Source: Heterodontus francisci
Lineage: Eukaryota
DNA: 64,000 nucleotides
Direction of reading: 5' to 3'
Assembly (NCBI RefSeq): GCF_036365525.1
Contig: NC_090380.1
Span: forward strand, 72,777,757-72,841,756
Position 1 is the stretch's first letter. Each line of letters opens with the position of its first letter. Below, piece by piece: positions 1 to 13,188 of this stretch. The notes beneath the pieces are model-generated. The model did no database searches. It saw only the letters and a list, made by a program, of their open reading frames with translations, and was not told where the DNA came from. The position numbers were made by a program, and so were the translations under genes.

Positions 1-233
1 TGGAGTGGCTGTAAAGGCCAATTCTAGAGTGACAGGCTCTTCCGCAGGTGCTGCAGAAAAATTTGATTGTCAGGGCTGTTACACAGTTGGCTCTCCCCTT
101 GCGCCTCTGTCTTTTTTCCTGCCAACTGCTAAGTCTCTTCAACTCGCCACACTTTAGCCCCGCCTTTATGGCTGTCCGCCAGCTCTGGTGAACGCTGGCA
201 ACTGACTCCCACGACTTGTGATCAATGTCACAG
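1..233 (-). mobile_element. RTE-clade LINE, 3' fragment
   Basis: Near-identical to the 3' ends of the RTE copies near 3470-3700 and 47405-47640. Confidence 0.85.
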
Positions 234-1517
234 GTCTGTGATTTACACTGATAATAGTGATGATGTTGTGGAGTGGTCGCACTGCCGCCCATAGCTGGCT
301 TTTGAATGCCTAGACTGGTTTTAGATCGGACTCCGTCTAAATGTCTCCAGCGAGCTGCAAGCATTAAATATTTGGTCAGAGTTTAAAAATTTCAGTGGCT
401 TCATGTCGAGCTGTTTATTCTTTCACTTAGTTTATTTTCAAGGCTGTTGTCAGCATAAGGCTGAATTAAACTAAAGCCTTAATAGAAACCTAGAAAACAT
501 TTTGAATGTAAAATAACTTTTTTTAAATTACACTTATTTTGTTTCTGATTTTGTTCATGAATCTTAAAAAAAGTCACTGATCAGTGTAGACCTGCATCCC
601 ATTGTTGCTTGAACCCAATGTCAGAGGGTTAGGACGTGGTTTATGACTTTGTACAGCGAGGGGAAACTGCAAAGTGGAGGCTAGTTGTTTCCCCTCACGG
701 AAGTATCCACTCAGTGCATGTATTTATTATCCAACAGTCAAATTCAGATGAAAAGTTATGGGGGAAAAATGCAATCCACAAAGGATACAAAGTGAGAGGA
801 GGTCAAATTGAAACTGACACCAATGCCACTTTTTGTTATTGTTTATTACAAATTGGAATATAAGGGAACTGGATGGGTAGCCATGGAATTGGAGCAGCGG
901 ACTTACCCACTCTGTTCCCGCACTCTGGCCCTCTGCAATTTTAAATGGCAAGTGGCAAGGACAACTGCTCAAAGCCAGTAGTTTCTAAATATGCAAATTG
1001 GGCTCTGATGTCAACAGGGCTCCAGCTGCTATTTTTTACCTGAGGCCTGAAAGAGGAGGTAGTGGTGGCTTCCCCACCAAGCTAAACCCACCAGGAACAG
1101 GAACAAGGGTCAGATAAGACCTGTCCTGTGAATTGTTTTTCAAGTGGACTTTTATGTCTTACTGAAAATCTCTAATTGTAAACTCAAATGAAACATTGGG
1201 GTGTTACAGCTCTAAAAACAAGTTAATAGACATGAAGATATTGGAAATTCACAGTTGGCTCAGATTTTTATCAAAAATATATTCAGGCACTTACCAGCAG
1301 TTTATATAGGCTGGGAAATTCTCACCACTCATCCTGCTCTGATGCTGTAACTTCACAAGCGGAAACAGCTGGAAGGAATTTCCTGGCCATAATCTATCCA
1401 TTTTATGGGCATAAAAATGTGCCTTTTTAATAGGAAAACTGACCTGAACATAAGTTAATATATAAATATTTGTTGAAGGTTTTGTTTGTAACTGCATTAT
1501 TTTCATTCCTTATTCAG

Positions 1518-1856
1518 AGACAGTCACTGTTTCTACTGATCAGCATACTGGTGCGGAGATTGGCAAACATGTCATCCTCAAGTGTACTTTTGATCAGATT
1601 GACAATAACCCGACAGTGATGTGGGAGAAGGTAGGTGTGAAACAAACCGTGCACCAATACAAGGGAAACGTTGATGACTTCAGTGAACAGCACGGCAACT
1701 ACACCAAGAGAACTGAAATTGATGGAAGCACAATCAAAAAAGGAGATGCATCTCTTACACTGAAGAATGTTAATATCTGGGATGAAGGAATTTACAAGTG
1801 CAGTGTCAGTAATGATCATGGATTCGGAGAAGCATTCATGAATCTGTCTGTTTGGG
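1518..1856 (+). CDS. B7/butyrophilin-family (VTCN1/B7-H4-like) gene, IgV exon
   Basis: Acceptor ttattcag at 1517 and donor GTATGT at 1857, phase 1-1. Translation TVTVSTDQHTGAEIGKHVILKCTFDQ...VMWEK...VHQYKGNVDDFSEQHGNYTKRTEI...GDASLTLKNVNIWDEGIYKCSV shows B-strand C, C-strand W, DxGxYxC and the B7-type 'SEQ..Y..RT...GDASL.L.NV' motif. Confidence 0.9.
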
Positions 1857-3396
1857 GTATGTCAGCTGTTCTGTTCTTTCCCTGCAATCAGGAGCAAGTG
1901 TAACTTGGTGTTTCATTTATTTAATTATTACATACATTTCCAATGCCACCAGAGAAAAGAACAGTTTTAATTTTTTTAATTAAATCTGAACAGTTACAGA
2001 AAGACAGTAATAATGGCGTCTCACATGGAACATCAAATTATACAACAATGAAAATATACACCATTAATTTTTACAGGGTTCTCCTGATTTCCTGTGGTAG
2101 GATCAGTGATTATGCTATATTTTTCAGGGTGTCCACTGAAACTGCAGTGGCAGATCAGGCGACCACTGCTGAAATCCAAATCATATTCTTTAGATGATGC
2201 AGTTGTCAAACCTTACCCCATTGCAAAGGTAGGGATTAGAAAAACATCACGTTTCTGTAACACTGATGAATCTGTATTCCTGATGCCATTTCCAGCATTG
2301 CCTCTGTAGCGAAGCAGTGTGAATGCAGGCCCATAATTTGCATAAAAAAGCAGGGGCTTGGTAGCTGATGTCATAGATCATCTTAGTCAGGCAGTAGACC
2401 AAAAATCAAAGACATTAAAGAAACAAGGAATATTTGAATAGCTAAGGAAGCCACAGAGGAAAGTGAGAAAATAGGAGAGAGTGACAAGACAGAAAGCCAG
2501 TAAATCAGGTTAGAAAAGAAAACAAAAGTACAGTCAAAATATCATGAGGGTTGATTTATAACTTCTGCTGTTATATTCTTTTTAAATAGCATGACCCCCA
2601 AAAATTCCTAGGCCTTCAGCAATCCCTTTAAGGATATTTGCTTAGGTCATTTACTGCCTGGTACGAATGGGCTAAGAGTGCATGAGATGCACGTCACCCA
2701 CCTGTTCCTAACAATTATAACCAGATTCTTACAAACAGTGTTTGGGGCTGATTTGCATATTGTAAGGAGCCTCCTGTTTTAGGTGGCCATTCTGTTTTCC
2801 TGTTTGCAAGAAAATTGAATCAGTTGGGCCTTGGGTGTTCAATAGGAGGCTGAGGTCCCAAAACCCACACTCCAGGTTTTCAGTTCCGGCGAGAAATAAG
2901 CGGGTGGAAGTTGTAAGTCAGCCCCAGTCAACTTGCCGAGCTACATTTTATCAAGCCAGAGACTATATCAAAGCTGGGAGTATAGCTCAGATCTTCTGGT
3001 TCTGTCATTCTAAACTGGCACCAGTCAGCTAGTATAATTGGTGAAGATCATCCCATTTCTGTGCCTAACTGTATTGGATCACCAGAGCACAGCATGGAGA
3101 GGAAGCTGGAGTGGTGAGGATGATATATCTGTCAAAGCGCTTGCCCAGTTTTTGGTCCATTTAAATTAATAGAAGGAAAATCAGCATAGCTTTTTCACAA
3201 GTGTGCCATTCTCCCCACTGGATTTTATTTTCTACACTGTACAGGCAAATTTAATACCTCAGGCTCTGGAAAATCTGCCAGTGGTGTTCATTGTATCAAC
3301 ATAAAATGAAAAAGTCACAACGAAACAAGAAAACATGTTTATTAAAACAAAAGACAAAAATGGCAATGTTTATGAAGAACTTGGTTCATCTGCACC

Positions 3397-5800
3397 TTCT
3401 TTGGCCTCCTTGTTTCGAGAGACAATGGGTAAGCGCCTAGAGGTGGTCAGTGGTTTGTGAAGCAGCGCCTGGAGTGGCTATAAAGGCCAATTCTAAAGTG
3501 ACAGACTCTTCCACAGGCACTGCAGATAAAATTGGTTGACAGGGCTGTTACACAGTTGGCTCTCTTCTTGCGCTTCTGTCTTTTTTCCTGCCAACTGCTA
3601 AGTCTCTTCCACTCGCCACTCTTTAGCCCCGCCTTTATGGCTGTCCGCCAGCTCTGGCGATCACTGGCAGCCAACTCCCACAACTTGTGATCAATGTCAC
3701 AGGACCTCATGTCGCGTTTGCAGAAGTCTTTAAAGCGGAGACGTGGACGGCCGATGGGTCTGATACCAGTGACGAGCTCGCTGTACTATGTGTCCTTGGG
3801 GATCCTGCCATCTTCCATGCGGCTCACATGGCCAAGCCATCTCAAGCGCCGCTGGCTCAGTAGGGTGTATATGCTGGGGATGTTGGCCGCCTCGAGGACC
3901 TTTGCGTTGGAGATACGGTCCTGCCACCTGATGCCAAGGATTCTCCGGAGGCAGCGAAGATGGAATGAATTGAGACATCGCTCTTGGCTGACATACATTA
4001 TCCAGGCCTCGCTGCCGTAGAGCAAGGTACTGAGGACACAAGCTTGAAACACTCGGACTTTTGTGTTCCGTGTCAGTGTGCCATTTTCCCACATTCTCTT
4101 GGCCAGTCTGGACATAGCAGCAGACGCCTTTCCCATGCGCTTGTTGATTTCTGCATCGAGAGACAGGTTACTGATGATAGTTGAGCCTAGGTAGGTGAAC
4201 TCTTGAACCACTTCCAGAGCGTGGTCGCCGATATTGATGGATGGAGCATTTCTGACGTCCTGTCCCCTGCTGTTAGTTTTCTTGAGGCTGATGGTTAGTC
4301 CAAATTCATTGCAGGCAGCCACAATCCTGTCGTTGAGTCTCTACAGACACTCCTCAGTGTGGGATGTTAATGCAGCATCGTCAGCAAAGAGGAGTTCCCT
4401 GATGAGGACCTTCCGTACTTTGATCTTTGCTCTAAGACGGGCAAGGTCGAACAACCTGCCATCTGAGCTTGTGTGGAGGAAAGTTCCTTCTTCTGAAGAC
4501 TTGAACGCATGTGAGAGCAGCAGGGAGAAGAAGATCCCAAACAGTGTAGGTGCGAGAACACAGCCCTGTTTCACACCACTCAGGATAGGAAAGGGGTCTG
4601 ATGAGGTGCCGCTATGCTGAATTGTTCCTTTCATATTGTCATGGAATGAGGTGATGATACTTAGTAGCTTTGGTGGACATCCAATCTTGTTAGTAGTCTG
4701 AAGAGACCACGTCTGCTGACGAGGTCAAAGACTTTGGTGAGATCTATGAAAGCAACGTAGAGGGGCATCTGTTGTTTGCGACATTTCTCCTGTAGCTGAC
4801 GAAGGGAGAACAGCATGTCAATGGTGGATCTCTCTGCTCGAAAGCCACACTGTGCCTCAGGGTAGACACGCTCAGCCAGTTTCTGGAGCCTGTTTAAAAT
4901 GATTCGAGCAAAGACATTCCAAGCTATGCTGAGCAGGGAGATTCCATGGTAGTTGTTGCAGTCACCGCGGTCACACTTGTTCTTATAGAGGGTGATGATA
5001 TTGGCATCGCGCATGTCCTGTGGTACTGCTCCCTCATCCCAGCACAGGCAAAGCAGTTCATGGAGTGCTGAGAGTATAGCAGGCTTGGCACTCTTGGTTA
5101 TTTCAGGGGTAATGCTGTCCTTTCCAAGGGCTTTTCCACTGGCTAGAGAATCAGTGGCATCACTGAGTTCCTATTTTGTTGGCTGTTCGTCCAGCTCATC
5201 CATGACTGGCAGAGACTGGGCTGCATTTAGGGTGGTCCCAGTGACAATATTTTCCCTGGAGTACAGTTCTAGGTAGTGCTCCATCCAGCGGTCCATTTGC
5301 TTGCGTTAAGTCAGTGATTGGGTTCCCTGATTTAGACTTGAAGGGGAGCGATCTTCTTGATGGTTGGCCCAAAACCTCTCTAAATGCCATCATACATTCC
5401 TCTGATGTTTCCGGTGTCAGAGGCCAGCTGAATACAACTGCATAGGTGTTGCCAGTAGTCATTTGCACAGCGCCTGGCTGCTCTTTGTGCAGTGCTTCTG
5501 GCTACTTTAATTGCTACGGATGTTAACTCGCTGGGGGCTTGTAGTTCAACAGTGCAATGCGCTTAGCGGCTATGACAGGTTCCAGCTCTTCAAAGTGAGA
5601 TTGAAACCAGTCTGCATTCTGCTTCACACGTTTGCCATAGGTGGTCATTGCTGAGTCATAGATGGCATCTCTGATGTGGGCCCACTTGGTCTCTGCATCC
5701 CTTGTAGGAGTGTTTTGAAGGGCTTTTTCAAGTGAATTTAGAAACTTATGTAACAGGTGTGGATAAGAAATTCTCTTCGTGTTGATGCGCGGGCGGCCCT
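3397..5800 (-). mobile_element. RTE-clade (BovB-like) LINE, 5'-truncated, frameshifted
   Basis: RT motifs (PEAQCGFR, GVKQGCVLAPTLF, LLFADD, FGLTISLKKT, FTYLGS) and a C-terminal zinc knuckle. Candidate TSD tctgcacc at 3389-3396 and 5801-5808. Confidence 0.9.
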
Positions 5801-6912
5801 TCTGCACCGTGTAAGAACATAATTATCTATATATGGAGTGCATTCAGGGAAAAGATAGTTTAGGTACGAACTAGGAATTTTCTTTTGCTCTAAAAGGTAG
5901 AGCATCTAAAGCATCCTGGATAAGAAGGGAAATAAAAGTTAAAATAAAACAGAAAAAGAAGGCTTATGGCAAATCTTAGGGGCAAGATTCAGTTAATAAC
6001 CGGGAATATTATGGAATGTACAGGAGGGAAATGAAAAGTTAACATAGGAGGCAGTGAGTGTTTACTAGAACAGATTACCGGCAATGCTAAATTAAAACCT
6101 AAAATATTTCATATTTTAGCAGTAAGAAGTTGGCTCAGGGAAATTTTGGGCATATTAAAAACACAAAAGGAAATTGTTATATAGAGGCAGAGGACATGGC
6201 TAACAAATTTGTACTTTGCAGCTGTCTACACAAAGGAAGTGGATGATGTGAAGGTTACACTGAAAGAGGATAGTAATGGATAGAGAAGATGTGCTATAAA
6301 GATTAGTATGACTGAAATTTGGTAACTTGCCTGGTCCAAATGGAATACATCCTAGGTTGCTGATAGAACCAATAGTAGAAATGCAGAGGCATTGGTCACA
6401 ATCTTTTAATCTTTATTGGATGCAGCAGTAGTGTCAGAGGATTGGAAGGTTGCTTAGCTTATACCACTATTCAAAAAAGGGGAGTGGGATAAACCAAGAA
6501 ACTACAGGCCTGTCAGGTATTAACAGTGGTGGGCACGTTATTGGAAACAATTATCAGGGTCAAAATAAACTTTCATTTGGAAAGGCTTGGGTCAATCAAG
6601 AAGAGCCAGCATGGATTTGTTAAAGGTAAATTGTGTCTGACTGACTTGATTGAATTCTTTGAGGTAATAGATAAGGTTGATCACAGTAGGGCAGTAGCTG
6701 ATGTATATATGGACTTTCGGAAGGCATTCAACAAAGTCTCAGACACGAGGCTTATTAACAAGATGGAAGCCCATGGAATTAAGGAGAAAGTGGTAGTATG
6801 GATGTAAAATTGGCTTAGTGACAGGAAACAAACGGTGGATAGATGTTATTCAGGCTGGGACCTGGTTTGCAATGGTGTTCCCAAGGGTCAGTTTTGAAAA
6901 GAAAAAATAAAA

Positions 6913-7312
6913 GAAAGACTTGCATTTATATAGTGCCTTTCACAACCTCAGGATGTCCCTCAGCACTTTATAGCCAATGAAGTATTTTTGAAGTGTAGCC
7001 AGTTATAGGAAATGGCAGCCAATTGCACACAGCAATGTTAAAATCAGATCATCTGTTTTTTATATTGATTGCTAAATATTGGCCAGGACCCCAGAGATAA
7101 CTCTACCTTTGTTCAAAAAAATGCCAGGGGATCTTTTGGATCCATCCTAGAGAGCAGACCATCTCACCCAACAGATAGCATCTCTGATAGTGCAGCACTC
7201 TTCATTACTGCATTGGAGTGTCTGGCTAGAATTTTGTGCTCAAGTCTCTGGATTAGGACTAGAACCTACAATCTTTTGCCTTGAAGGCAAAAGTACTACC
7301 AACTGAGCCACA
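6913..7312 (-). mobile_element. Deu-SINE-like (SacSINE1-type) SINE
   Basis: Tail 'gacttgcatttatatagtgcctttcac...gccaatgaagtattttt' and head 'gtggctcagttggtag'. Homologous to 27830-28265 and 61540-61718. Confidence 0.65.
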
Positions 7313-7397
7313 GTCCATTACTCTTTTCACTTTTTATAAATGACCTAGACTCGGCTGTAGGGAGCAGCATAATAAAGTTTACAAAAGATTTATTTAT

Positions 7398-7709
7398 TAG
7401 CGATACAGCACTGAAACAGGCCCTTCGGCCCACCGAGTCTGTGCCGACCAACAACCACCCATTGATACTCACCCTACAGTAATCCCATATTCACTACCAC
7501 CTATCTACTACACGAGGGGCAATTTACAATGGCCAGTTTACCTATCACCCGCAAGTTTTTGGCTGTGGGAGGAAACCAGAGCACCCGGCAAAAACCCACA
7601 CAGTCACAGGGCGAACTTGCAAACTCCACACAGACAGTACCTAGAATTGAACCCGGGTCCCTAGAGCTGTGAAGCTGCAGTGCTAACCACTGCGCCACAG
7701 TGCCACCCA
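7398..7709 (-). mobile_element. tRNA-derived SINE (HE1/V-SINE-like)
   Basis: Reverse complement shows A/B-box head 'ggcacagtggcgcagtggttagcac...gggttcaattc'. Several further copies occur in the window. Confidence 0.8.
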
Positions 7710-8862
7710 TATGACACTTGTCAAATAGATAGTGATGAGGATAGTTATAGGTTTTAGGATGACATATGAGTTAGTGAAATGGCAGGAGCATGGCAGCTCG
7801 AGTTCAATGTGGAGAATTGGGAAATTATGTATTTTGTGAGGACTATTATGGAAAGACAGGATACTAAAAATGGCATGATTTTGAAAAGTGTAGATGAGCA
7901 GAGAGACCTTGGTGTCCATATACACAAATCCTTAAAGGTGGTAGGGCAAGTTGACCAGCTGTTTAAAAGGGCACATGGATTTCTCAGGTTTATAAATAGA
8001 GGAATATAATATAAAAGCAAGGAGATAATGCTAGAACTTTATAAACAACTGGTTAGGCCTCAGCTGGAGTATTGTCGACAATTCTGGACACGCCACTTCT
8101 GTTGAGATGTAAAGGGGTTAGAAAAGGTACAATAGAGGTTTACCAGGATGTTACCAGGGATGAGGAATTTCAGTGGTGAGAAGAGTTTGGAAAGGTTCAA
8201 CCTGTTCTCCTTAGAACAGGGAAGGTTAAGAGGTGATGAAATAAAGGATTTCAAGATCATCAGAGGTTTTGATAGAGTAGATAGAAAAAACTATTCTCTC
8301 TGGGGAGTGGGTCAATAACCAGAGGCCATAGATTTAAAATCATTGGCAAAAGATCTGGAGGGGAGATGAGAATTTATTTCATTCAGAGGGTTGCTGGGAT
8401 CTGGAACGTTCTACCTGAAAACATAGTGGAAACTGATTCCAGAAATAATTTTAAAAGGGAGTTGGACAGGCCCTTGTGGACGAGAAACTTACAGGGTTAT
8501 GAAAAAAGTGGGGGTATGTGACTAAGCATGACTACTGTTCTAAAGAACCAGCACAGACACGATGGGCCAAATGGCCTCCTTCTGTGCTGTAATTTTCTAT
8601 GATTCTGTGTTATCTTTATGGTGTAATTAGGGGCTTGGGATTAAATAAAGCATTCAACTCGTTCCTTGCAGTTCCTTTTTTTTTGTTCTGGAGTAAATAC
8701 CATTGCATTATTTGCGATATTTAAGCGCTTCCCTATACCAGGAACTCGCAGCTATCATGAAAACTAATGTTCTATAACAGGGTTGCAGGCACATTCTTGT
8801 TTTTATGGTGCCCTACATAATAATCTAAAGTTCAGTAACTATAAATCATATTTCTTTCTTAG

Positions 8863-9144
8863 CAAAAAGTACTGTTGGTATCCGTATCTTATGGAAGTCT
8901 AATGGAAGTGACGTGCTGTCTTGCCAGTCTTCAGGGTGGTACCCAGCCCCAGATGTTACCTGGAGTGACACATTTGGTAACAATCTGTATAAAGATTGTG
9001 AAACAAAAATGATCAGAGACAGCAGTGGACTCTTCCATGTGTCGCATGACCTGAAACAAATGCATAACTCTCAAAGTCAGTATGTCTGCTCCATACAGCA
9101 TGAGTGGATGGCGGAGCCTGAGCGTACTCGAGTCGCATTCACAG
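8863..9144 (+). CDS. B7/butyrophilin-family gene, IgC exon
   Basis: Acceptor tttctttcttag at 8862 and donor GTGAGT at 9145, phase 1-1. Translation AKSTVGIRILWKSNGSDVLSCQSSGWYPAPDVTW...RDSSGLFHVSHDL...YVCSIQH carries the B7/BTN 'LxCxSxGWYPxPxVxW...GLF' signature. Confidence 0.9.
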
Positions 9145-9419
9145 GTGAGTTTTTATGAGATGAACGCACATGTTAAAGGTAACTTAACAGATCATTATAA
9201 GAGTTGTGAAAAAGGGTAGAGGAGAAACACAGAACACGGCCTTAGAGGCTGAGTAAGGATAAAAATAACTTAAAGGAAAAGCAGATATATTTTAAAGGCA
9301 CAGGAAACATGTGCCATGAAATTATGCTGCATGAAAATACAGTGAACTCTTAACACATTTAATTGAAATTCCTTTGTCTGGTACTTTAATGGAGGTGTTA
9401 AACTGACAAGAAGGATTTA

Positions 9420-10700
9420 TGAAAAGAGTCTTTGCTCTATCTCTGGGGATAGGCAGTTCACTAATATTCATTATGAGCCCACCGACTCCCACAGCTACCT
9501 TCACTACATTTCCTCAAACGCAGCCTCTTGTAAGGATGCCATTCTATTATAAAAGCAAAATACTGCGGATGCTGGAAATCTGAAACAAAAACAAGAAATG
9601 CTGGATTCACTCAGCAGGTCTGGCAGCATCTGTGGAAAGAGAAGCAGAGTTAACGTTTCGGGTCACTGACCCGAAACGTTAACTCTGCTTCTCTTTCCAC
9701 AGATGCTGCCAGACCTGCTGAGTGAATCCAGCATTTCTTGTTTTTGTGCCATTCTATTATCCCAGTTTCACATCGCTGACACATCTATTCTGATGTTGCA
9801 CCTGCCACAGCAGTGCTTCTGATATGTCTTCCTTTTTCTTCAACCAAGGAATTCCCCCCTCCCCCCACTGTGGTTGACAGTGTCCTTGATGATGTCTTAC
9901 CCATTTTCCACACTTTTGTCCTCAACCCTTCCCCTCCTTCCCAGAACTGCGACAGGGTTCCCCTTGACCTCAGATTTCACCACACCAGCCTTCACATCCA
10001 AAGGATGATTCTCTGCCATTTCCACCACTTCCAGCACATCTTCATGTCCCTTCCTTGTCAGCTTTCCGAAGGGACCATTCCCTCCACAACACCCTGGTCC
10101 ACTCCTCCATCACCCGCGACACCTTGTCTCCTTTCCACAGTACCTTCCCATGCAATCGCAGGAGGTGTAACACCTCCCCTTTTACCTCCTCTCTCCTCAC
10201 CAGCCAAGGCCCCAAACACTCCTTCCAGGTGAGGCAGTGATTTACTTGTACTTCATTCAATTTAGTATACTGTATTTGCTGCTCACAATGCAGTCTCCTC
10301 TACATTGGGAAGACCAAATGCAGGTTGGTTGACCGCTTTGCGGAACACGTCCCCTCAATCCATAAACACGACCCCGAACTTCTGGTCGCCTATCATTTTA
10401 GTTCACCACCCTGCTCTCAAGCCCACATTTCGGCCCTTGGTCTTCTATGGTGTTCCACTGAAGCTCAACGTAAACTTGAGGAACAGCACCTCATTTTCCA
10501 ATTAGGTATGTTACAGCCTTCTGGACTCACCATTGAGTTCAACAATTTCAGTGCATGACTGCCATTTTAATTCTCTCAAAAGTTTTATTTATTTACTTTT
10601 AACCATGTGCCTGCCTTCAACCTGTTTTTCATGTTTTTGCTTTTGGACAGAGCTGTTCGTTATTTTGTCATTAACATTCTCTCTGGACTAATGCTTGAAT
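9420..10700 (+). mobile_element. Penelope-like element body (RT C-terminus plus GIY-YIG endonuclease)
   Basis: VYCICCSQCSLLYIGKT...RFAEH...AYHF...RKLEEQHLIFQLGMLQPSGLTIEF is the GIY-YIG signature of PLEs. Confidence 0.85.
9551..9746. mobile_element. Hairpin-shaped Penelope terminal fragment with 14-bp TSD
   Basis: Long inverted repeat centred on gggtcactgaccc. TSD tgccattctattat at 9537-9550 and 9747-9760. Confidence 0.85.
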
Positions 10701-11099
10701 GTGACTCCTCTTAATCTGCCAGTTTCCTCGGGGATTGAAATCTTAAATGAGAAACATACGGAAAACCCAACATAGATTTATATTTGTTTCAATATGGAAA
10801 AATGGAATACTGGAAAACTCAAAAGCGGGTCCTCACTCTGCATTACGAAAGAGAGGAGGGAGGGGTATATGCCGGGGTCTAACTCTGCATTCTGGAAGGG
10901 AGGAGGGTGGGGGGGATATGCAGGGGTCTAAGTCTGCATTCTGAAAGGAAGGGGGTCTGGGATTACTGGAGGGAAAGCTGTGCTGGCATGAAGGGAGGTA
11001 CCGTGTACTATCCCTCCGTTAACAGTGTACACTCTGTGAGGGGTCAGAGGCACACTAGGCACTCTGTATTTTTTAATTAATTTTTAAATTTTATTTCAT

Positions 11100-11388
11100 T
11101 TAGAGATACAGCACTGAAACAGGCCCTTCGGCCCACCGAGTCTGTGCCGATCAACAATCACCCATTTATACTAACCCTACAGTAATCCCATATTCCCTAT
11201 CACCTCCCTACACTAGGGTCAATTTACAACGGCCAATTTACCTATCACCTGCAAGTCTTTTGGATGTGGGAGGAAACCGGAGCACCCAGCGAAAACCCAC
11301 GCAGACACAGGGAGAATTTGCAAACTCCGCACAGGCAGTACCCAGAATCAAACCCGGGTCCCTGGAGCTGTGAGGCTGCCATGGCATG
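11100..11388 (-). mobile_element. tRNA-derived SINE (HE1/V-SINE-like)
   Basis: Homologous to 7398-7709. Confidence 0.8.
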
Positions 11389-11394
11389 CCACAT

Positions 11395-13050
11395 AGTTGA
11401 TCCAGGAAAGCAGCTGATGTACCCGTCAACACCAATCCCTGCCCTGTTAGGAACCTTCGAATACATGCAGGGTTCAACTTTATCACATGGAAATAGGTAT
11501 GGCTGATCCTACATTGTGTGATCCTCCGCTCGTGAGGACCTGTATGCACCAGAGGCAGTACCAACAGACAGGTGCAATTCACTTAAGAGGCCCCTGGTCA
11601 TGAGCAGCAGCCCCCAAGGGGAGCCCCCCATTATGGTTGCCGTGCACCTACAGGCCCCACATGACATGCCATCGATGTCAGAGCACCAGTGTCAGAGGAG
11701 ATTGTGCATATAAAGAGGGTGGTGACACATCTCTGTGCCCTGCTCAGGGATGACCCGCAGCCCATGGGCTCCGGTGGACATCCCATGCCTTTGTTTCTCA
11801 TAGTGGCAGTGGTATCAAACCTGATGCCTCTGCAGCCTTTTAGGGACCCAAAAGAGACCTTAGTGCAGTCACACAGTCAGCAGTGCACTGCTGCATCAGG
11901 GAGGTCACCAATGCCCTGCACCGGAGGGTCAGTGAGTATGTCCACTTCAGGACTGACTCTCACAGCCAGGCCCAGAGGGCCATTGGTTCTGGCACCATTG
12001 CTGCAGAACCATAGGTTGTAATGTTCATAGACTGCACTCATGTGACCATCAGGCTTCCCACCAGGCTACCACCTGCAGACGTCACCATTAAAGGAGCCCT
12101 CTCAATCTAGGTGAAGCTGGTATGTGAACACCACAGATGCTTGATGTGAATGTGTGACCACTTCTCAGACAGCTGCCATGACACCTGGGTCTTGCGCCAG
12201 TCCCAGCTGCCACCGCTGTTCACTGAACTGGCTCAGATGGAGGGGTGGCTTCTTGGAGATAAGGGCTATCCTTTGCAGACATGGCTCCCAACACTGGTGA
12301 GAGACTCCACCACTGCTGCAGAGGAGAGATACAATGCCAGCCACTGAACTACCTGAGCCACCATTGAGCAGGAGATCGGCATGCTGAAAGAGCGCCTCCA
12401 ATGCCTGGATGGATAGGGTGATGCCCTGTACTATGAGACAAAAAGGCCAGCTCCTTTCTTTGCTGCTCGGCACAACTACTCACCCAATAGGGGCCAGGCC
12501 TGGCATGATGAGGAGAGACGTCAACAGGATTCCTCCTCGGACTATGAGGACTCTGAGGAACTACAACATGAAAGACGCATGGAAGGGCAGATGGCACCCA
12601 GGCTCTGCACGCAGGGCTAGCAGTGAGCTGGGGGTGTACAGAAGTGGCTTATCAGACAAAGGCTGTCTGCTCCATAGGAACCGACATGAGCTCTGCAAGC
12701 CACACATCACCCTTGCTCACCTGCTGTGCATCAGTCCACATCTGCAGCATTCTTGTGTAAAGCATTACAGGCAGCAGCTGACTGAGCCAATGTCCATGTC
12801 ACTGCATGGAGACGCTCATGAGTAATGCTGGCATGGCAATGATGTTATTGCATACATTGGCTCTCCTGAAGGGCCAATGGTGCAAAGGGATGTGACATTG
12901 GCGCTACATGCTGGCACACATCATTCACACAGAGAAAAGGACACACATGTTGGTGAGGAACATTTAGTGAAAGACATATTTATATTGCTGTGACACTGGT
13001 GCATTCCCATTTGTGTCAGTGTGTTCTCTGTAAACCTCTAATACCTTTTA
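11395..13050 (+). mobile_element. PIF/Harbinger transposase relic
   Basis: [14 protein letters not shown] and [14 protein letters not shown]...EERYNASH...TIEQEIGMLKERL are HARBI1-type DDE motifs. Confidence 0.8.
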
Positions 13051-13105
13051 TGGTCTATTTAAGTCTCACGTCCTGGAATGTGCAAATTTAAGATTATTCA
13101 CCCAG

Positions 13106-13188
13106 GTGCAGCATGCCTACAAGAAGGAATATTACACTTGAGTGGGAGAAAAGGATCGCAACTTCACAGGACACTGGGACACAGCAAG
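13106..13188 (+). CDS. Candidate downstream exon of the B7-like gene
   Basis: Acceptor attcacccag and strong donor AAG|GTAAGT. Open in the phase-1 frame (GAACLQEGILHLSGRKGSQLHRTLGHSK). Not hydrophobic and no homology support. Confidence 0.35.

Larger units (their letters stand above)
5830..8610 (+). mobile_element. CR1 LINE, degenerate, interrupted by two SINEs
   Basis: ORF fragments SQHGFVKGKLCLTDLIEFFE, VYMDFRKAF and WQLEFNV...QRDLGV, plus a typical CR1 3' tail. Confidence 0.85.

Noticed and set aside
991-998. Ig-promoter octamer ATGCAAAT (also 2336-2343 and 2751-2758 reversed)
   Set aside because: These occur within what appear to be degenerate MITE-like repeats and are not positioned upstream of a leader exon.
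7650-7709. tRNA genes
   Set aside because: These are tRNA-derived SINE heads with A/B boxes; no full cloverleaf.
1518-9144. Assigning VTCN1, CD276, HHLA2 or NCR3LG1
   Set aside because: The family is clear but the member is not. The C domain is B7/BTN-type rather than the C1-type of B7-H6, and the 5' end of the gene was not found.
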